Shown here: in pieces, positions 37,676-40,117 of the stretch
Position numbering within the stretch: position 1 is the first letter of the stretch
Layout: the number at the start of each line of letters is the position of its first letter
Assembly (NCBI GenBank): GCA_029858305.1
Contig: JAOUFI010000015.1
Location: 1-40,117 of the forward strand
From: Candidatus Thorarchaeota archaeon
GTDB lineage: Archaea; Asgardarchaeota; Thorarchaeia; Thorarchaeales; Thorarchaeaceae
Direction of reading: 5' to 3'
Length of the DNA: 40,117 nucleotides
Notes under the pieces: model-generated
Seen by the model: only the letters and a program-made list of their open reading frames with translations
What the model was told of the DNA's origin: nothing
Database searches by the model: none
Program-made: the position numbers and the translations under genes

Positions 37676-38422
37676 CTAGCCCGATAGTAGTTCATTCAGA
37701 GAATAGGCTAATTCACCGACCATAGAAACCGCATGCATGTCGCTCTCTAATGGATCAGCAGCTACAGCGATAGTCAGCGTTTTGACTTGAAACATTTGCA
37801 CTTTGTGCTCACCAGAACTGACACTTGTGGGAACAATATCCATTACTGGCTTGATTGCACCTCGAGAGATTTCAACCTCAAGGCGGAACAAATGAGATTC
37901 TGGAAAGTTTCCTCTCAACATCTTACCACTTGAGTCAAACACGCCTACAAAAGAAATCTCTTGACGCTCCATGGCAGAATCAAGAAGCTGACTGATTGCA
38001 TCCAATAGAGACTCGCTTGGATTTGTGAAACTCACTGAAATGTAATCATCGATAAGACTGTCGAGGTCAATAATCTCAGACATACTTCCGGTCCAAGAGC
38101 GTATCGTATCGCCATATTGGCTCATCAAACTTCGACCCAGAGCTAGCATCATGTTCTTCATAGGAGATATGTGCTGTCCCTGCGAAGTGCGAGCCACTAG
38201 TACTAAAGATTGAAAGAATGCGTATGCCCATACACTCTCCTCATATTCTAGAGTATAGACACGTTCTGAAGATGTACTAGAGCGAGAATGAAACAAAACA
38301 ACACTATTCCGAACGAATGCAGGGAGTGTCTTTGTATCGATACGACTATCTTCCTCAAAGGACTTACCGTAGAGGGATTCACCATCACTTGTTACTATAT
38401 ACAGACAGTGTATCAATGTCAC
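37676..38422 (-). CDS. Longin plus roadblock-like two-domain protein
   Basis: IHCLYIVTSDGESLYGKSF longin start, ending QYGDTIRSW.G; second domain ISFVGVFDSSGKML. Confidence 0.68.
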   Translation of the reverse strand: MTLIHCLYIVTSDGESLYGKSFEEDSRIDTKTLPAFVRNSVVLFHSRSSTSSERVYTLEYEESVWAYAFFQSLVLVARTSQGQHISPMKNMMLALGRSLMSQYGDTIRSWTGSMSEIIDLDSLIDDYISVSFTNPSESLLDAISQLLDSAMERQEISFVGVFDSSGKMLRGNFPESHLFRLEVEISRGAIKPVMDIVPTSVSSGEHKVQMFQVKTLTIAVAADPLESDMHAVSMVGELAYSLNELLSG

Positions 38423-38550
38423 TCAAGACCAATGCTACAGCACTTTCTTGCTAGACATAAGAGTTACTGCTGGATAGCTGAATACCTCTTTATGACCTCT
38501 GTCAGTAGACTTTAATCTTCATGAAACACTTGGGTTAGTGGTCGTTTTAG

Positions 38551-38889
38551 ATGTCAGATGATGACTTTGAATTCAAGGAACCAACGAAGCGTAGTAAAAA
38601 GGACCTCCAGAAACGAACACGGTACGATATCTATGCAGAACTACTTCGTGTGGTGTATATCTGGGGTTATTGTCCTCTTACTAGAGCCGCAAGGTCAACA
38701 AATATGCCAGTAGATAGAGCCAAAGAGTCGATCGGTGAACTTTGCGAACGAGGTTTGCTTGAGGAAGACGACGATGAAGGAATGCGTGTCTATAAGGTCA
38801 CAGTAAGAGGTCATCAGTATCTTGAGCTCTACAAGAGACTGGCAGGACTTGTGGGAATACCAATCCCAGAACCTATCATAGGGATGTGA
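38551..38889 (+). CDS. Winged-HTH transcription regulator (archaeal COG3432/ArnR1-like)
   Basis: KRTRYDIYAELL, TRAARSTNM, L.ERGLL, YKVTVRG..YL. Confidence 0.88.
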   Translation: MSDDDFEFKEPTKRSKKDLQKRTRYDIYAELLRVVYIWGYCPLTRAARSTNMPVDRAKESIGELCERGLLEEDDDEGMRVYKVTVRGHQYLELYKRLAGLVGIPIPEPIIGM

Positions 38890-38922
38890 GTATGCTGAAT
38901 AACGAAAATCAGCTAGTAACAA

Positions 38923-38957
38923 TTTGTGACTTCATTTTGTGACTTTGTCTTATATAT
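38923..38957 (+). promoter_or_regulatory. Direct repeat plus TATA box upstream of the beta-solenoid gene
   Basis: tttgtgactt at 38923 and 38936; ttatatat at 38950-38957. Confidence 0.55.
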
Positions 38958-39004
38958 GAAATTTGAGAGAACTTGGTTAGGAAATATCACTAGGTGAAGG
39001 CTGA

Positions 39005-40117
39005 ATGAGCAGAAATTTAGAATTTCAAAATGAGAGCGTAGTCGAATTCGACTCCACTGAGGGAGACGTCGTGATTCGTAGCTGTGGGACTCTCAGGCCG
39101 CAACAGGGCAACGAAATTGTTATTGGCGGCGCATTAATTGTGTTTGAGGAGCTCTCCATAGAAGGAAACCTTCGATGTGAAAGACTCGAATTGAGGACCC
39201 GAGACAGAGTGGTCGTTCAAGGAAGTCTCTACGCCACCAAATCAGTTGATGCAAGAAAAGGTTCTATTGAGGTAGAAAATAATCTAGAGGCGCGCGACAT
39301 AGAGGTAGGTGCTTCTCTGAGCGTTGGAGGCAATCTGAAATGCACAGCTGCAAAAGCTGGCGGCTCAATCAAGGTTGAGGGCGATGCCGAGGCGCAGAGA
39401 CTGACAGGTGGTGGTTCAGTCAAGATAGATGGACTCTGTAAAGTTGAGAGAATTGCAGGAGGAGGCTCTGTAGCTGTTCATGGCAAAATTGAAGCTGACG
39501 AACTAGATGCAGGGGGCTCAGGAAAGGCTGCTAGAGGATTCATCAAGAAAGTATCAGTAGGTGGAAGTTTCAAAGCTGAAGAAGCTATTGAGATTGATGA
39601 TCTTGATGTCGGTGGCTCTGCAAGTGTTGGTCCGGACTCTAAGGTGCGGAATGTCGATATTGGCGGAACATTCAAGGCAGAAGGAAATCTCGAGTTTGGC
39701 GAAATCGATGTTGGCGGCACGGTGAAGATTGGTGGCAATGCAAGTGGTGATTCAATTGATGTTGGTGGTACAGTAAAAACAGATGGTGACCTCGCATTAA
39801 CTCAAGGCCTCAATGTTGGTGGAACGGTGGCAGTCGATGGAAACCTTCGCTGTGATGACAAAATCAAAGTTGGAGGCACTGTTAGAGTTGAAGGTAGAAT
39901 TGATACTTTCAGAATCATCGTTGGCGGAGAAATTTCTGCAACTTACATTAAAGCCACTGATGGATTTCGAATTGGGAAAAGAGCAGAGGTCAGAGGTTTC
40001 GTTGAGTCAGGGGAAATTCTCATCCGGGAGCGCGCAAGAACTGACTCATTGTACGGCAAAGATATTCGCATCGAGGAACGTGCTCGTGTTGGTAACTTGT
40101 ATGGATTGAAAATCTAC
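39005..40117 (+). CDS. Extended bactofilin-like (polymer-forming) beta-solenoid protein, partial
   Basis: ATG 39005 after AGGTGA; open for 371 codons to the window end; 16-18 aa repeats such as VGGTVKIGGNASGDSID and AGGSIKVEGDAEAQRLT. Not in the ORF track. Confidence 0.8.
   Translation, partial: MSRNLEFQNESVVEFDSTEGDVVIRSCGTLRPQQGNEIVIGGALIVFEELSIEGNLRCERLELRTRDRVVVQGSLYATKSVDARKGSIEVENNLEARDIEVGASLSVGGNLKCTAAKAGGSIKVEGDAEAQRLTGGGSVKIDGLCKVERIAGGGSVAVHGKIEADELDAGGSGKAARGFIKKVSVGGSFKAEEAIEIDDLDVGGSASVGPDSKVRNVDIGGTFKAEGNLEFGEIDVGGTVKIGGNASGDSIDVGGTVKTDGDLALTQGLNVGGTVAVDGNLRCDDKIKVGGTVRVEGRIDTFRIIVGGEISATYIKATDGFRIGKRAEVRGFVESGEILIRERARTDSLYGKDIRIEERARVGNLYGLKIY

Noticed and set aside
39229-40109. 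ORF-track calls 39229-39423, 39478-39738 and 39813-40109
   Set aside because: Antisense or off-frame shadows of the real ORF starting at 39005.
1-40117. CRISPR arrays, tRNA/rRNA, transposases, integrases and defence systems
   Set aside because: No regularly spaced DNA repeats, cloverleaf or recombinase motifs seen by eye; short ncRNAs in the intergenic gaps cannot be excluded.

Overview
Gene-dense, chromosomal-looking archaeal DNA, most consistent with an Asgard archaeon such as Thorarchaeia. This is inferred from GGTGA/GAGGT ribosome-binding sites, frequent TTG/GTG starts, two longin-domain proteins, IDLxPL-type LRRs and C-terminally anchored surface proteins. I saw no rRNA, tRNA, CRISPR array or mobile element. 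About 45 CDSs are present, two of them missed by the ORF track because they run off the window edges: a bacterial-type RNase HIII (left) and a long bactofilin-like beta-solenoid protein (right). The metabolic core is acyl-CoA/B12 chemistry: a complete methylmalonyl-CoA mutase operon (small subunit, MeaB, large subunit, epimerase), a second mutase large subunit with isobutyryl-CoA-mutase-type residues next to CobO, a two-subunit CoA-transferase, BirA, threonine aldolase, and an FAD oxidoreductase/HdrD-like pair. The most interesting candidates are the extended bactofilin-like protein, a longin/roadblock-V4R-membrane protein cluster, a surface protein with a possible N-terminal His metal site on an SOR-like fold, the divergent mutase, and Zn-ribbon proteins with Cys-rich membrane tails. 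All family assignments come from motif recognition by eye, not from database searches.
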